From Chitinophagaceae bacterium (GTDB taxonomy: Bacteria > Bacteroidota > Bacteroidia > Chitinophagales > Chitinophagaceae): a stretch of 64,000 nt of DNA. Location: NCBI GenBank assembly GCA_046593045.1, contig JBKJRY010000364.1, positions 982-64,981 on the forward strand, written 5' to 3'. The notes under the pieces were generated by a model, which was not told the origin of the DNA, searched no databases, and worked only from the letters and a program-made list of their open reading frames with translations. A program made the translations under genes and the position numbers. Positions within the stretch are counted from its first letter, which is position 1; every line of letters begins with the position of its first letter. This document shows, in pieces, positions 27,792 through 38,563 of this stretch.

Positions 27792-29477
27792 TTAATCCTC
27801 ATCTGTTACACAACCTTCGCTTGCATCCTTCACACTCTTTGCATATTTGTATAAAATTCCTTTTGTTGCTTTTAATGCCGGCTGTTTCCATGCAGCTTTG
27901 CGTTTCGCAATTTCTTCTTCCGAAACTTTTAAATTGAGCGTGTTGTTCACTGCATCGATTTCAATTATATCATCATCATTTACGAAAGCAATTAGACCAC
28001 CTTCAAATGCTTCAGGCGTAATATGCCCGACTACAAAACCATGCGTGCCTCCGCTAAATCTTCCGTCAGTTATCAGAGCAACGGATTTACCCAAACCAGC
28101 ACCAATAATAGCTCCTGTAGGCTTAAGCATTTCAGGCATTCCCGGCGCTCCCTTAGGTCCAATATGCCTTATTACTACTACATCACCTGCATGTACTTTT
28201 CCACTTTGTATCCCTTCTATCAAATGTTTCTCACCTTCAAATACACGGGCTTTCCCTTCGAATCGCTCACCTTCTTTACCACTGATTTTTGCAACACTAC
28301 CACCTTCAGCAAGGTTGCCATATAGTATTTGCAAGTGGCCTGTTTTCTTGATAGGATTCTCTAAGGAATGGATGATGTCTTGTTTTTCAAAATCCAAATC
28401 AGGAGCGTCCTTTAAATTTTCTTCGACTGTTTTACCGGTTACTGTAATACAATCGCCATGCAATAACCCTTTACTCAACAGGTATTTCATTACCGCGGGT
28501 ACACCTCCGTATTTGTGCAGGTCTTCCATTAAATATTTTCCACTCGGCTTAAAATCTGCAAGTACCGGAATTTTATCACTTATAATTTGAAAATCATCCT
28601 GGGTCAATTTTACATCAACACTTTTTGCCATAGCTATCAAATGCAACACGGCATTGGTACTACCTCCTAAAATCATTACAACTGTAATTGCATTTTCAAA
28701 TGCTTCAGATGTCATGATGTCTTTTGGCTTGATATCTTTTTCCAGCAATAATTTTATTGCATCACCGACTGATGCACATTCTGTTTGTTTCTCTTTGCTT
28801 AAAGCAGGATTGCTGGATGAATTAGGTAAACTCATTCCCAAAGCTTCAATGGCACTTGCCATAGTATTTGCAGTGTACATCCCTCCGCATGCTCCTGCAC
28901 CGGGACAAGAATTGCGAACAATACCTTTAAAATCTGTTTCATTTAAATTGCCTGCAATCTTTTGACCCAATGCCTCAAATGCCGATACAATATTTAAATC
29001 CTCGCCTTTATAATGACCCGGGGCAATGGTACCACCATACAGCATTATAGAAGGACGGTTTAATCTTCCCATCGCCATAATACATCCGGGCATATTCTTA
29101 TCGCAGCCTGGTATTGCAATCAGCGCATCGTAATATTGTGCGCCTGCATTCGTCTCAATACTATCTGCAATCACATCCCGGCTTACCAGGCTATATCGCA
29201 TACCATCAGTGCCCATGCTTATACCATCGCTTACCCCAATGGTATAAAAACGCAGGCCCAGCAAATCATCAACGTCATTAATACTTTTTTGTACGCTTGT
29301 CGCCAAATCGTTCAAATGCATATTGCACGGGTTACCATCCCAGCCCATACTTACCACACCTACCTGTGCCTTATTAAAATCTTCTTCTTTAAAACCAATC
29401 GCATAATACATGGCCTGTGCTCCGGGCTGTGTTTCATCCTGGGTTAATGTCTTTGAGTATTTATTTAATTCTTTCAT
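27792..29477 (-). CDS. ilvD: Dihydroxy-acid dehydratase
   Basis: 561 aa. Motifs CDKNMPG and GPGMPEM, and the C-terminal region, are typical of IlvD. Overlaps ilvE by 4 nt (ATGA). Confidence 0.93.
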   Translation of the reverse strand: MKELNKYSKTLTQDETQPGAQAMYYAIGFKEEDFNKAQVGVVSMGWDGNPCNMHLNDLATSVQKSINDVDDLLGLRFYTIGVSDGISMGTDGMRYSLVSRDVIADSIETNAGAQYYDALIAIPGCDKNMPGCIMAMGRLNRPSIMLYGGTIAPGHYKGEDLNIVSAFEALGQKIAGNLNETDFKGIVRNSCPGAGACGGMYTANTMASAIEALGMSLPNSSSNPALSKEKQTECASVGDAIKLLLEKDIKPKDIMTSEAFENAITVVMILGGSTNAVLHLIAMAKSVDVKLTQDDFQIISDKIPVLADFKPSGKYLMEDLHKYGGVPAVMKYLLSKGLLHGDCITVTGKTVEENLKDAPDLDFEKQDIIHSLENPIKKTGHLQILYGNLAEGGSVAKISGKEGERFEGKARVFEGEKHLIEGIQSGKVHAGDVVVIRHIGPKGAPGMPEMLKPTGAIIGAGLGKSVALITDGRFSGGTHGFVVGHITPEAFEGGLIAFVNDDDIIEIDAVNNTLNLKVSEEEIAKRKAAWKQPALKATKGILYKYAKSVKDASEGCVTDED

Positions 29478-30370
29478 GCTAAAATTTGAGTGGATATATA
29501 ATTCTTTTCTACTACAAGATTTTTATAAGCGCTTTGAATTTGTGCGCCTAATGTTTCATTCCATTGTTTCTTAAAAGAAATATTATCAAGGCTCTCCATC
29601 CCGATGACTTCCGCGGCAGTACCGCAAAAGAACGCGCCGTCTGCATCATTAATTTCAGCGGTAGTAAATTGCTTTTCGACAACCTGTATTTCAAGAATAC
29701 CACATATTTCCATAACTGTGGCTCTTGTAATTCCCGGCAAAATATTGCCGGCCTTTGGCGTATATAATATTCCGTCTTTTTCAATAAACACGTTAGCACC
29801 AGGGCCTTCAGCAACATTCCCATTCATATCATTCAGCAATGCTTCATCAAATCCCTTTGCCTTCGCTTCCTGACTTGCAAGAATAGAATTCACATAATGT
29901 CCTGTTGCTTTTGCTTCTATTTTAAAACCTTTCGGGTTTGGCCTTTCAAATGAAGAAGTCATAACCTTCAATAATTTTTCGCCAAGAAACGGTTGCATTT
30001 GCCAGGTCTCTATTACAATAAATGATTCCTCATTTGGATTAAAACTCATATTGGCCGGAGCATAAACCAATGGCCTTATATAGGCGTCCTGTAAATTGTT
30101 CCTGCTCAAAATATCATAGGTAGCATTTACCAGTTCTTCAACAGACCATGGATAAGGCATGTTCAGCGCCCTCGCAGAATTTTCCAATCTTTCAAAATGC
30201 TCAACCTCTTTAAATATTTTAGTTTTTCCTTCAAATGTTTTATAAGAACGGATGCCCTCAAAAACACCATAGCCGTAATGAAGCGTCTGGCTGTAAAAAT
30301 CAGTCTTTGCATCCATCGCTTTTACAATTTCGCCATTCAGATAAATAAAAGTATCCCCGTTGTAATACAT
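29474..30370 (-). CDS. ilvE: Branched-chain amino-acid aminotransferase
   Basis: 298 aa, fold-type IV aminotransferase ([11 protein letters not shown]..., GITR motif). Confidence 0.88.
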   Translation of the reverse strand: MYYNGDTFIYLNGEIVKAMDAKTDFYSQTLHYGYGVFEGIRSYKTFEGKTKIFKEVEHFERLENSARALNMPYPWSVEELVNATYDILSRNNLQDAYIRPLVYAPANMSFNPNEESFIVIETWQMQPFLGEKLLKVMTSSFERPNPKGFKIEAKATGHYVNSILASQEAKAKGFDEALLNDMNGNVAEGPGANVFIEKDGILYTPKAGNILPGITRATVMEICGILEIQVVEKQFTTAEINDADGAFFCGTAAEVIGMESLDNISFKKQWNETLGAQIQSAYKNLVVEKNYISTQILA

Positions 30371-30394
30371 AATTTTTGTTTCAAATTGATTTAT

Positions 30395-30422
30395 AAAAAA
30401 GCCCCGCTTTAAGGAGCGGGGC
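30395..30422 (-). terminator. Intrinsic terminator acting as the ilv attenuator
   Basis: On the minus strand, GCCCCGCT-CCTTAA-AGCGGGGC (30422-30401) is followed by TTTTTT (30400-30395). It lies 21 nt after the leader-ORF stop and 24 nt before the ilvE ATG. Confidence 0.8.
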
Positions 30423-30443
30423 TATACTTAGATTTAATTTTTT

Positions 30444-30551
30444 TTAAGTAGTAATTCCTCCTCCAATAGTTAAGGGTATAATAATGACTATGACAGCAAT
30501 GATAACCGCTGAAATATTTTGAACGTCATTAACCAGTTTGCCTCTTAACAT
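30444..30551 (-). CDS. ilv operon leader peptide (IlvL-like), 35 aa
   Basis: Encodes MLRGKLVNDVQNISAVIIAVIVIIIPLTIGGGITT. 17 of 35 residues are Ile/Val/Leu, and residues 16-25 are VIIAVIVIII. A promoter-like element lies upstream and a terminator downstream. Confidence 0.75.
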   Translation of the reverse strand: MLRGKLVNDVQNISAVIIAVIVIIIPLTIGGGITT

Positions 30552-30569
30552 TTGGGAAAAAATATTTAG

Positions 30570-30600
30570 CAAACTTAATAAACCCTTTTTTAAAAACAAA
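30570..30600 (-). promoter_or_regulatory. Candidate Bacteroidota promoter: -33 TTTG, 19-nt spacer, -7 TAAGTTTG
   Basis: On the minus strand, TTTG is at 30600-30597 and TAAGTTTG at 30577-30570. The leader ATG is 18 nt downstream of the -7 box. Confidence 0.55.
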
Positions 30601-30657
30601 GAACTTTTTCAGTCTCGCCTCACCCATTTTCGAAGTACAGAGCGGTACTGATGTTTA

Positions 30658-31773
30658 TTAAATAATCGTAGCCTTTCCAAAGGCTATATTTTGAGCGTTG
30701 ATATTTACCGGGATATCATTGCTGATATAATCACTCACAAATTCACCAATCGTAGAAGTGTAATGCGGGTTTACGGGATCTATATCCTGTGACACAAAAC
30801 CATTAGTTAGTGTCCACGCGACAGCTTCTCTTACTTCCTTTGCCTCCGGCGCTAACCCAAAATGATCCAACATCATTGCGGCTGATAAAATAGAACCCAC
30901 AGGATTTGCAATATCTTTTCCTGCAGCCTTGTGATATGATCCATGAATAGGCTCAAACAATGCAGACGAAACGCCAATTGAAGCTGATGGCAATAGGCCC
31001 AATGAACCAGAAATAACACTCGCTTCATCGCTTAAAATATCGCCAAACATATTTTCAGTGAGTATTACATCAAATTGTTTCGGATTTACAATTATTTGCA
31101 TGGCAGCATTGTCCACAAACATATAATTCACTTTTACATCGGGATAGGCGGATGCAAGTTCCTGCACTGTACTTCTCCAAAGCCTTGAGGTTTCAAGTAC
31201 ATTCGCTTTATCAACGAGCGTCAATTTTTTTCTTCTTTGCTGAGCTGATAAAAATGCAAGGTGGGCAATGCGCTCAATTTCATTTTTAGTATAAATACAA
31301 AGATCAGATGCTTCAGTACGATCGTCATTTAATTCTTTTTTGCCAAAATAAATTCCACCGGTAAGTTCCCTGTAAATAACAAAATCCACATTCAGTAATT
31401 GCTTTTCTTTTAAAGGTGATAAATGATGCAAGGAAGTATATGTTGTTACCGGTCTAATATTGGCAAACAATTGCAATTCTTTTCTAAGTTTTAATAATCC
31501 CTGCTCGGGGCGAACTTTTGCTGAAGGATCATTGTCGTATTTTGGATGGCCAATTGCACCAAATAAAATCGCATCACTCTGCAGACAGTTATCTATTGTA
31601 TGTTGTGGTAATGGATCTCCCGTTTTATCAATAGCTACCGCGCCCATAAGGCCATATGTATACTTGAACGTATGCTGATACTTTGATGCAACCGCATTTA
31701 AAACTTTTATAGATTGCCGTGTAACTTCAGGTCCTATTCCATCGCCGAATATAACCGCTATCTTTTTTTCCAT
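30658..31773 (-). CDS. leuB: 3-isopropylmalate dehydrogenase
   Basis: 371 aa. Has the isocitrate/isopropylmalate dehydrogenase signature NMFGDILSDEASVISGSLGLLPSAS. Confidence 0.92.
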   Translation of the reverse strand: MEKKIAVIFGDGIGPEVTRQSIKVLNAVASKYQHTFKYTYGLMGAVAIDKTGDPLPQHTIDNCLQSDAILFGAIGHPKYDNDPSAKVRPEQGLLKLRKELQLFANIRPVTTYTSLHHLSPLKEKQLLNVDFVIYRELTGGIYFGKKELNDDRTEASDLCIYTKNEIERIAHLAFLSAQQRRKKLTLVDKANVLETSRLWRSTVQELASAYPDVKVNYMFVDNAAMQIIVNPKQFDVILTENMFGDILSDEASVISGSLGLLPSASIGVSSALFEPIHGSYHKAAGKDIANPVGSILSAAMMLDHFGLAPEAKEVREAVAWTLTNGFVSQDIDPVNPHYTSTIGEFVSDYISNDIPVNINAQNIAFGKATII

Positions 31774-31800
31774 CCTTACTATTATTTCAATTGTTATTTT

Positions 31801-33258
31801 TTATGCTGCTACTTTTCCTTGTTCCAGTTTTAAAGTTTTCGTAACACATAACGGAATTTCTTCATCGTAATGGCTTACATAGATCAATGTTTTATTCATG
31901 CGAACACATATATCATTTATCAGGGTAATAAACCATGCACTTACTTCACGATCCAGTCCCTGGCATGGTTCATCCAGGATCAGCAACGGTGGGTTTTTTA
32001 TCAATGCGCGTGTTAGCAAAACCAATCTTTGCTCCCCATTTGATAATTGGCCAAACAATCTTTTCTCAAATCTTTTTATATACATGAGGGACATCCATTC
32101 ATCTATTATCGTTTTTTGCCTTTCACTCAGTTGCTTGAACAATCCTATCGTATCAAACAAACCAGACGCAACTACTTCAAAACATGAAAAGCCCGAATCA
32201 AAATAGTGATGTAATTCCGGGGACACATAACCAATCTTTTGCTTAATATCCCAAATAGATTCACCACTGCCTTTTTTCCTGTCAAACAAATAAATTTCAT
32301 TTGCGAAAGCCTGCGGATTATCGCCCGTTACCAGGCTAAGCAATGTTGATTTTCCAGAACCATTGTGCCCGGAGACATTCCAGCACTCACCTTTATTAAC
32401 TTCCCAATTGATATTGGAAAGAATCCTTTTATTATTGTATTCAACATTCGTATCCACCATTTTAATAGCAACTGAAAAATCAGTATATCCATAAACAGGC
32501 GTCATTGCTTCCAGGAACTTTGGATTCAGCGATGGAAGTTTTCCTTTTTCCAAAAGTGCCTGCTTTCTCTTTTCAAACTCCTCCCTTGAAATTTTTTCTT
32601 TCAATTCTCCCTTTTCCAGCATTGCAATATGAGTAATTGATCCAGGAATATCAGCAACAGAAGTAACTAACAATATATTAAGGCCTTTAGCGATAAGCCT
32701 ATCCAAAATACCATTCAATAATTTCCTGGCAGCAACATCAAGGCCTATATAAGGACTATCAAGCAGCAACCAATCAGCATTTTGCAATACTGCCTTCGCA
32801 ATCTGAAATCTTTTATGCTCACCGTTCGATAATTGGATCTGGTGTGTATTTTGAATGTGTGAAATACCCAGTAGCTCCAAAACTTCTCTGATAGATTGTT
32901 GTGAAGCGCCAATACTATGTAATGCCTCGTTTACTGTCGCAGCATCTTCTGCATCATTTGAATTAAACCTTTGCTGATAGTAAAAAGAAGAAGTGTTGGA
33001 AAGATTTTTAAAATGATGCTGGTGTGAAATGGTAGCTATTTGAGGTGTATTGCCATCTTCATCATAAATCTCAACGGCACCTTTACCAAAATATGTTTCA
33101 GTAAGCACTTTTATTAAAGAAGATTTTCCGCTTCCCGACGGACCAACTATTGCCAAACATTCTCCCTTTTTTACCGAAAATGAAATGTTATGTAAAATCG
33201 TTTTCCCGGATTTCTGTATAGTGAGGTCTTTTACTTTTAAAAGAAATGTTTGTTTCAT
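31801..33258 (-). CDS. Soluble tandem ABC ATPase (two nucleotide-binding domains, no membrane domain), ModF-like
   Basis: 485 aa. Two Walker A motifs (GPSGSGKSS, GHNGSGKST), two signature-like motifs (LSNGEHKR, LSNGEQRL) and two Walker B motifs (LLLDSP, LILDEP). Confidence 0.8.
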   Translation of the reverse strand: MKQTFLLKVKDLTIQKSGKTILHNISFSVKKGECLAIVGPSGSGKSSLIKVLTETYFGKGAVEIYDEDGNTPQIATISHQHHFKNLSNTSSFYYQQRFNSNDAEDAATVNEALHSIGASQQSIREVLELLGISHIQNTHQIQLSNGEHKRFQIAKAVLQNADWLLLDSPYIGLDVAARKLLNGILDRLIAKGLNILLVTSVADIPGSITHIAMLEKGELKEKISREEFEKRKQALLEKGKLPSLNPKFLEAMTPVYGYTDFSVAIKMVDTNVEYNNKRILSNINWEVNKGECWNVSGHNGSGKSTLLSLVTGDNPQAFANEIYLFDRKKGSGESIWDIKQKIGYVSPELHHYFDSGFSCFEVVASGLFDTIGLFKQLSERQKTIIDEWMSLMYIKRFEKRLFGQLSNGEQRLVLLTRALIKNPPLLILDEPCQGLDREVSAWFITLINDICVRMNKTLIYVSHYDEEIPLCVTKTLKLEQGKVAA

Positions 33259-33280
33259 GTTTTGTAATATGCTGCAACAA

Positions 33281-33865
33281 CTAAACCAATGTTGCTTCGA
33301 AGGCTTCTATTTCTTCCTTATTATTTATTAAATAATCAATATCATCATATCCGTTCAGCAAACAGGTTTTTTTATAGGAATTAATTTCAAATTTTTCCTG
33401 TTCGTTGGTGGCATCCAATGTTATAGTTTGTTTATCTACGTCAATTGTAAGTGTTGAATCTTTTTCAAGTTTAAAAATTTTTTGCAGGAAAGCTTCACTT
33501 ACCTGTAAGGGCAATAGTCCATTGTTCAATGCATTATTTTTAAATATATCTGCGAAGAAACTTGAGACGACTACATTGAATCCATAGTCATCGATCGCCC
33601 ATGCGGCATGCTCACGCGAAGAGCCGCAGCCAAAATTTTTTCCTGCAACCAAAATAGTTCCATGATATCCCGGCTTATTCAAAATAAAATCTGATTTGGG
33701 TTTACTTTCATCATCATTTTCATAGCGCCAGTCGCGAAAAAGATTTTTCCCAAAACCGTCACGGGTAGTTGATTTCAAAAATCTTGCAGGAATGATCTGA
33801 TCGGTATCAATATTTTCCAAAGGAAGTGGAATGAATGGGCTATGTATATGTTTTAATGGCTGCAT
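33281..33865 (-). CDS. leuD: 3-isopropylmalate dehydratase small subunit
   Basis: 194 aa. [16 protein letters not shown] motif. Confidence 0.92.
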   Translation of the reverse strand: MQPLKHIHSPFIPLPLENIDTDQIIPARFLKSTTRDGFGKNLFRDWRYENDDESKPKSDFILNKPGYHGTILVAGKNFGCGSSREHAAWAIDDYGFNVVVSSFFADIFKNNALNNGLLPLQVSEAFLQKIFKLEKDSTLTIDVDKQTITLDATNEQEKFEINSYKKTCLLNGYDDIDYLINNKEEIEAFEATLV

Positions 33866-33869
33866 TTTT

Positions 33870-35273
33870 TTAATTTAATAATTCACGTACATCAGTAATA
33901 ACGCCCGTAATTGCCGCAGCGGCAGCAGTAAGAGGGCTGGCCAACATCGTTCTTGCTCCCGTACCCTGCCTTCCCTCGAAATTCCGGTTACTGGTCGAAA
34001 TGCAGTATTCGCCTGCTGGGATTTTGTCCTCATTCATACCAAGGCAGGCACTACAACCGGCCTGGCGTATTTCGAATCCCGCTTCTGTAAAAATGGTGTC
34101 AAGTCCTTCCGAGACAATTTGCGCAGCCACCTGCTGGGAGCCGGGCACAATCAATACTTTTACATTTTTATTTTTCTTTTTTCCCTTTATAACGGAGGCT
34201 ACTAAACGCAGGTCTTCAATTCTTGAATTTGTACAACTTCCAATAAAAACATTTTGAACAGGCATTCCTTTCAACCGTTGTCCGGGTTCAAGACCCATAT
34301 ACTTAAGCCCTTTGATAATATTTTTTCTCTCTCCTTCATCAGTAATACTTTCAGTAGTGGGAACTTTACCATTAATGGAAATGCCGAGGCCGGGATTAGT
34401 ACCATAGGTTATCATTGGCTCAATTTCTGCTGCATTAATATTTATTTCATTATCAAATACAGCATCTTCATCTGAATGCAATTTCTTCCAATCATTTACT
34501 TTGGAAATAAACTTTTCACCAATCGGGGCAAAACGCCGGTTCCTTATATATTCAAAAGTTGTTTCATCAGGAGCAATCATTCCTCCCCTTGCACCCATCT
34601 CGATACTCATGTTGCAAATCGTCATTCTTGCTTCCATTGAAAGGGCGCGGATGGTAGAGCCGGCAAATTCTACAAAATAACCGGTAGCTCCGCTTGAGGA
34701 AATTTTAGAAAGTATGTAAAGAATAATGTCTTTCGAAACAACACCTTTATTAAGCTCTCCTTCAATATTTATTCTCATAACCTTCGGCTTGCTTTGCAAT
34801 ACACATTGAGTTGCAAAAACCATTTCAACTTCACTGGTTCCAATACCAAATGCGATTGAACCAAATGCGCCATGCGTTGAAGTGTGGCTGTCCCCGCAAA
34901 CGATGGTCATACCAGGTTGTGTAATTCCCAACTCCGGCCCTATTACATGTACAATACCCTGGAAAGGGTGACCGAGGCCAAATAATTCGATATTGTGTTT
35001 CTTGCAATTTTGCACAAGCTGTTCAACCTGCAATCTTGATAACACATCTTTTATAGGAAGATTTTGATTAATTGTTGGAACATTATGATCTGCGGTCGCT
35101 ACCACTTTTTCCGGACGCAATATTTTCAACCCTCTTTTCTCAATACCTGCAAACGCCTGTGGGCTTGTAACTTCATGAATTAAATGCTTATCAATATATA
35201 TAACATCAGGACCGCCTGGTATCGTTTTAACCAGGTGCTTTTCCCAAATTTTTTCAAATAATGTTTTCCCCAT
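33870..35273 (-). CDS. leuC: 3-isopropylmalate dehydratase large subunit
   Basis: 467 aa of the aconitase family ([33 protein letters not shown]). Confidence 0.93.
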   Translation of the reverse strand: MGKTLFEKIWEKHLVKTIPGGPDVIYIDKHLIHEVTSPQAFAGIEKRGLKILRPEKVVATADHNVPTINQNLPIKDVLSRLQVEQLVQNCKKHNIELFGLGHPFQGIVHVIGPELGITQPGMTIVCGDSHTSTHGAFGSIAFGIGTSEVEMVFATQCVLQSKPKVMRINIEGELNKGVVSKDIILYILSKISSSGATGYFVEFAGSTIRALSMEARMTICNMSIEMGARGGMIAPDETTFEYIRNRRFAPIGEKFISKVNDWKKLHSDEDAVFDNEININAAEIEPMITYGTNPGLGISINGKVPTTESITDEGERKNIIKGLKYMGLEPGQRLKGMPVQNVFIGSCTNSRIEDLRLVASVIKGKKKNKNVKVLIVPGSQQVAAQIVSEGLDTIFTEAGFEIRQAGCSACLGMNEDKIPAGEYCISTSNRNFEGRQGTGARTMLASPLTAAAAAITGVITDVRELLN

Positions 35274-35294
35274 CGACTTCTTTTTAAGAAAAGC

Positions 35295-35309
35295 GGGGGA
35301 TAATCCCCC
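35295..35309 (-). terminator. Short G/C stem-loop between leuA and leuC (possible partial terminator or pause site)
   Basis: On the minus strand, GGGGG-ATTAT-CCCCC is followed by GCTTTTCTT. The stem is only 5 bp. Confidence 0.3.
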
Positions 35310-35334
35310 ACTATAAAACTAAACCGCATGAAAA

Positions 35335-36501
35335 CTATGTTATAACCAATGCCTTTTTCTGGTATGCGCCTGCAAGACCCGAAAGATCACTGTCTCCAAT
35401 TTCTTTTTTCGTATCAGCAATTTCTAAAAAACGCTCGTATAGAAAATCAACATCGTTCCGGTCAAACTGGTAGCCTAGTTTCTGGAAACGAAAAGCCAAT
35501 GCGCTTCGACCACTCCTTGCCGTTAGCACAATCTTTGAACTTTCAGCCCCTACTTCTTCAGGATTAATAATTTCATAAGTGGAAGCATTTTTCAAAAACC
35601 CATCCTGGTGAATTCCGGAAGAATGTGAAAACGCATTGCTACCAACAATTGCTTTATTAGGTTGTACAGGCATTCTCATTATATCTGATACTTGACGGCT
35701 CAAAGGATATAATAGCTTTGCATTTATATCGGTATAGCAATTAAGATCCTTATGCTGCTTAATTATCATCACTACTTCTTCAAGTGAAGTATTTCCAGCT
35801 CTTTCTCCCAATCCGTTAATGGTACATTCTATCTGGCCCGCACCGTTAATTATGCCGGAAATAGAATTGGCTGTTGCAAGCCCAAGATCATTATGACAAT
35901 GGCATGATAAAACTGCTTTATCAACATTGCTTACATTATTAATCAGGTAAGCTATTTTTTCACCATATTGATGGGGAAGGCAATAACCGGTAGTATCAGG
36001 AATGTTGACAGTAGTAGCACCAGCTTTTATTACCGCCTCTACAACTCTTGCGAGGTATTCGTTATCAGTTCTGCCGGCATCTTCTGCATAAAATTCGACG
36101 TTATCTGTATAATCCCGCGCCCATTTTACGCATTGTATAGCTCTTTGTAAAATATCTTCGCGGTTAGAATTGAATTTGGTTTTTATATGAGAATCAGATG
36201 TACCAATACCTGTATGGATGCGCGGCCTTTTTGCAAATTTTAATGCTTCCCCTGCTACTTCAATATCTTTTTTTACAGCACGGGTTAAAGCGCAAACTGT
36301 GGCATTAGTAATATTCTTTGAAATTTCCTGGACAGAAGCGAAATCGCCCGGGCTGGATATTGGAAATCCTGCTTCGATAACATCAACACCGAGGGCTTCA
36401 AGCTCTTTTGCCAATTCAACTTTTTCGTTTGTGTTGAGTTTACAACCGGGCACTTGTTCGCCATCGCGTAATGTTGTGTCGAAAATAATTATCTTTTTCA
36501 T
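35335..36501 (-). CDS. leuA: 2-isopropylmalate synthase, short form (catalytic TIM barrel only)
   Basis: 388 aa. DTTLRDGEQ and [12 protein letters not shown] motifs. The ~120-aa C-terminal LeuA regulatory/dimerisation domain found in ~500-aa enzymes is absent. Confidence 0.85.
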   Translation of the reverse strand: MKKIIIFDTTLRDGEQVPGCKLNTNEKVELAKELEALGVDVIEAGFPISSPGDFASVQEISKNITNATVCALTRAVKKDIEVAGEALKFAKRPRIHTGIGTSDSHIKTKFNSNREDILQRAIQCVKWARDYTDNVEFYAEDAGRTDNEYLARVVEAVIKAGATTVNIPDTTGYCLPHQYGEKIAYLINNVSNVDKAVLSCHCHNDLGLATANSISGIINGAGQIECTINGLGERAGNTSLEEVVMIIKQHKDLNCYTDINAKLLYPLSRQVSDIMRMPVQPNKAIVGSNAFSHSSGIHQDGFLKNASTYEIINPEEVGAESSKIVLTARSGRSALAFRFQKLGYQFDRNDVDFLYERFLEIADTKKEIGDSDLSGLAGAYQKKALVIT

Positions 36502-36689
36502 AGTAATAATCTTAATCTAGGATTTTGAAACATGAAAACAGAAAGCAATCAGGGTATAGATATATATTCGAAAATAGCATATATATCAGAGACATTAGTG
36601 GACAAAATAGCAGAAATTTACATTGCCGAAAGGAACAGTAATTTTGCAAAAGCCTTGTTGATACTGTTTTTCAGCCTAAATTATTTACG

Positions 36690-38255
36690 ATGCCCAACCG
36701 ATCTACGGATTCATTATTTCAATTAATTCATTCGCTTCAGAAGTCGGAAAAGAGAAATTTTAAACTATATGTTAAAAGAAATACATCTAATAATGATCTT
36801 AAAATAGTTCAGCTATTTGATGCAATAGATAAAATGACTGATTATGATGAGAAAGATCTCATCAATAAAAACGTTTCAATAAAAAGAGAACAGCTTTCAA
36901 ATATGAAAGCTCATCTATATCGGCAAATTCTTGCAAGCCTGAGGTTGCTGGAAAGCAATGAAAATATAGAAATACAACTTCATGAGCAATTGGATCATTC
37001 ATGGATACTTTACAACAAAGGCCTGTACCTGCAAAGCCTGAAAATTCTCGATAAAATAAAAGAAACTGCAAAGACTACTAACCAGATAAGTTCTTTAAGT
37101 GAGGCGATTTTTTTAGAAAAAAAAATTGAGTCGCTGCATATCACCCGGAGCATGCAGGACAGGGCAGACGCCCTGACAGAGGAAGCAAATCAAACAAATG
37201 AAAAGCAAATTAATGTAACGAAACTATCTAATCTTTCACTACAATTATATAGCTGGTACATTAAAAACGGGCATGCAAGAAATGAAAAAGATGAGAAAGA
37301 AGTAGAAAGTTATTTTAATGAACATCTTATTAGTGAATTAAAAACTCCTGAAGGATTTTACCAATGCCTGTATTACTATCAAAGCTTTTGCTGGTATGCG
37401 TTTATAAGACAGGACTTTTTGTTGTATTACCGTTATGCTCAAAAATGGGTTAACATTTTTAGCGGGCAACCAATAATGATTGAAATAGAAACAGCTAATT
37501 ACATAAAGGGTCTGCACAACTTATTGAATGCACATTTTACTTTAAGAAATTATACCGGGTTCAGGAAGACAATACAGCTTTTTGAAGATTTTAATAATTC
37601 AAATACCGTCAGGCAAAATCATAATAACAGGATACAGGTTTTTGTATATCTCTACACGGCAAAAATCAACCAGCATTTTCTTGAGGGAACCTTTAAAGAA
37701 GGTTTACTCGTAGTTCCGGAAATAATGCAACAGCTACAGGAATTTAGTGTGTACCTCGATAATCACAGGATACTGGTTTTTTATTATAAGATCGCTTCTC
37801 TTTATTTTGGAGCCGGCGATTATGATACAGCCATAAATTACCTGAACAAAATAATTAACTGGAAGGTTGATTTAAGGAATGATCTGCAATGTTATGCCCG
37901 GCTGCTCCATCTTATAGCACATTACGAGATTGGGAACTTCCAATTGATCGAATACCTTGTTAAATCCGTATACCGCTTTATGGCCAAAATGCAAAACTTA
38001 AGCGTCGTAGAAGAAGAAGTATTTAAATTTTTGAGAAAAACATTTTATTTAAGTGCAAAAAAAATGAAACCCGAATTCGAGAAACTCCTGGATACTATTA
38101 AGCAATTTGAAACAAGCAGATTTGAAACAAGAGCTTTTGCATATCTTGATGTTGTGTCATGGCTGGAAAGCAAAGTATATGATAAACCTGTTTATGAAAT
38201 TATAAGAGAAAAGTATTTATCCGGCAAGAGAATGAAAGGTCTCAAACAGGATTAG
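36690..38255 (+). CDS. Conserved hypothetical all-helical (TPR-like) protein
   Basis: 521 aa. Helical-repeat character with no catalytic motif recognised. The N-terminus LFQLIHSLQKSEKRNFKLYV resembles a Bacteroidota-wide uncharacterised family (recollection only). Confidence 0.6.
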   Translation: MPNRSTDSLFQLIHSLQKSEKRNFKLYVKRNTSNNDLKIVQLFDAIDKMTDYDEKDLINKNVSIKREQLSNMKAHLYRQILASLRLLESNENIEIQLHEQLDHSWILYNKGLYLQSLKILDKIKETAKTTNQISSLSEAIFLEKKIESLHITRSMQDRADALTEEANQTNEKQINVTKLSNLSLQLYSWYIKNGHARNEKDEKEVESYFNEHLISELKTPEGFYQCLYYYQSFCWYAFIRQDFLLYYRYAQKWVNIFSGQPIMIEIETANYIKGLHNLLNAHFTLRNYTGFRKTIQLFEDFNNSNTVRQNHNNRIQVFVYLYTAKINQHFLEGTFKEGLLVVPEIMQQLQEFSVYLDNHRILVFYYKIASLYFGAGDYDTAINYLNKIINWKVDLRNDLQCYARLLHLIAHYEIGNFQLIEYLVKSVYRFMAKMQNLSVVEEEVFKFLRKTFYLSAKKMKPEFEKLLDTIKQFETSRFETRAFAYLDVVSWLESKVYDKPVYEIIREKYLSGKRMKGLKQD

Positions 38256-38563
38256 AACCTGGGAAGCATTTACAGTTTTTTTTTAGCAAATAGCCACTTA
38301 AATTTTTTCAAAAAATTCTCATACTAACCATTCCGGTTCTAATACGCCCCAATAAATTTTATAGAATCTGCTATTTATACAAAAGGGCTTAACAATGTCA
38401 TTAAAATGATTGCCGCTTTTTCGCTGGAGATAATAAAATGAAGAAAAAGTTAATGAGGGTTACTTTTCAATTTTCAGTATATTGAATTTTTGTATATAGT
38501 TTTTCTATGAATCAAAATTTACTTTTAGAGTCGTACCAGTAGCAGCCCGGCGTATGGGATGAA

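Noticed and set aside
27847-28590. 247-aa plus-strand ORF, and several other 60-130-aa ORFs, antisense to ilvD, ilvB, ilvA, ilvC, cysN, the MFS gene and others.
   Set aside because: Each lies entirely inside and opposite a well-supported, motif-bearing gene. The translations are low-complexity (Ser/Pro/Ile-rich) with no recognisable motifs, and are typical shadow ORFs.
36502-36726. A 64-aa plus-strand ORF (36532-36726), and a search for a Leu-rich leader peptide or attenuator upstream of leuA.
   Set aside because: The plus ORF spans the divergent promoter region and overlaps the start of the next gene. The minus-strand mini-ORFs have no Leu run and no terminator follows them.
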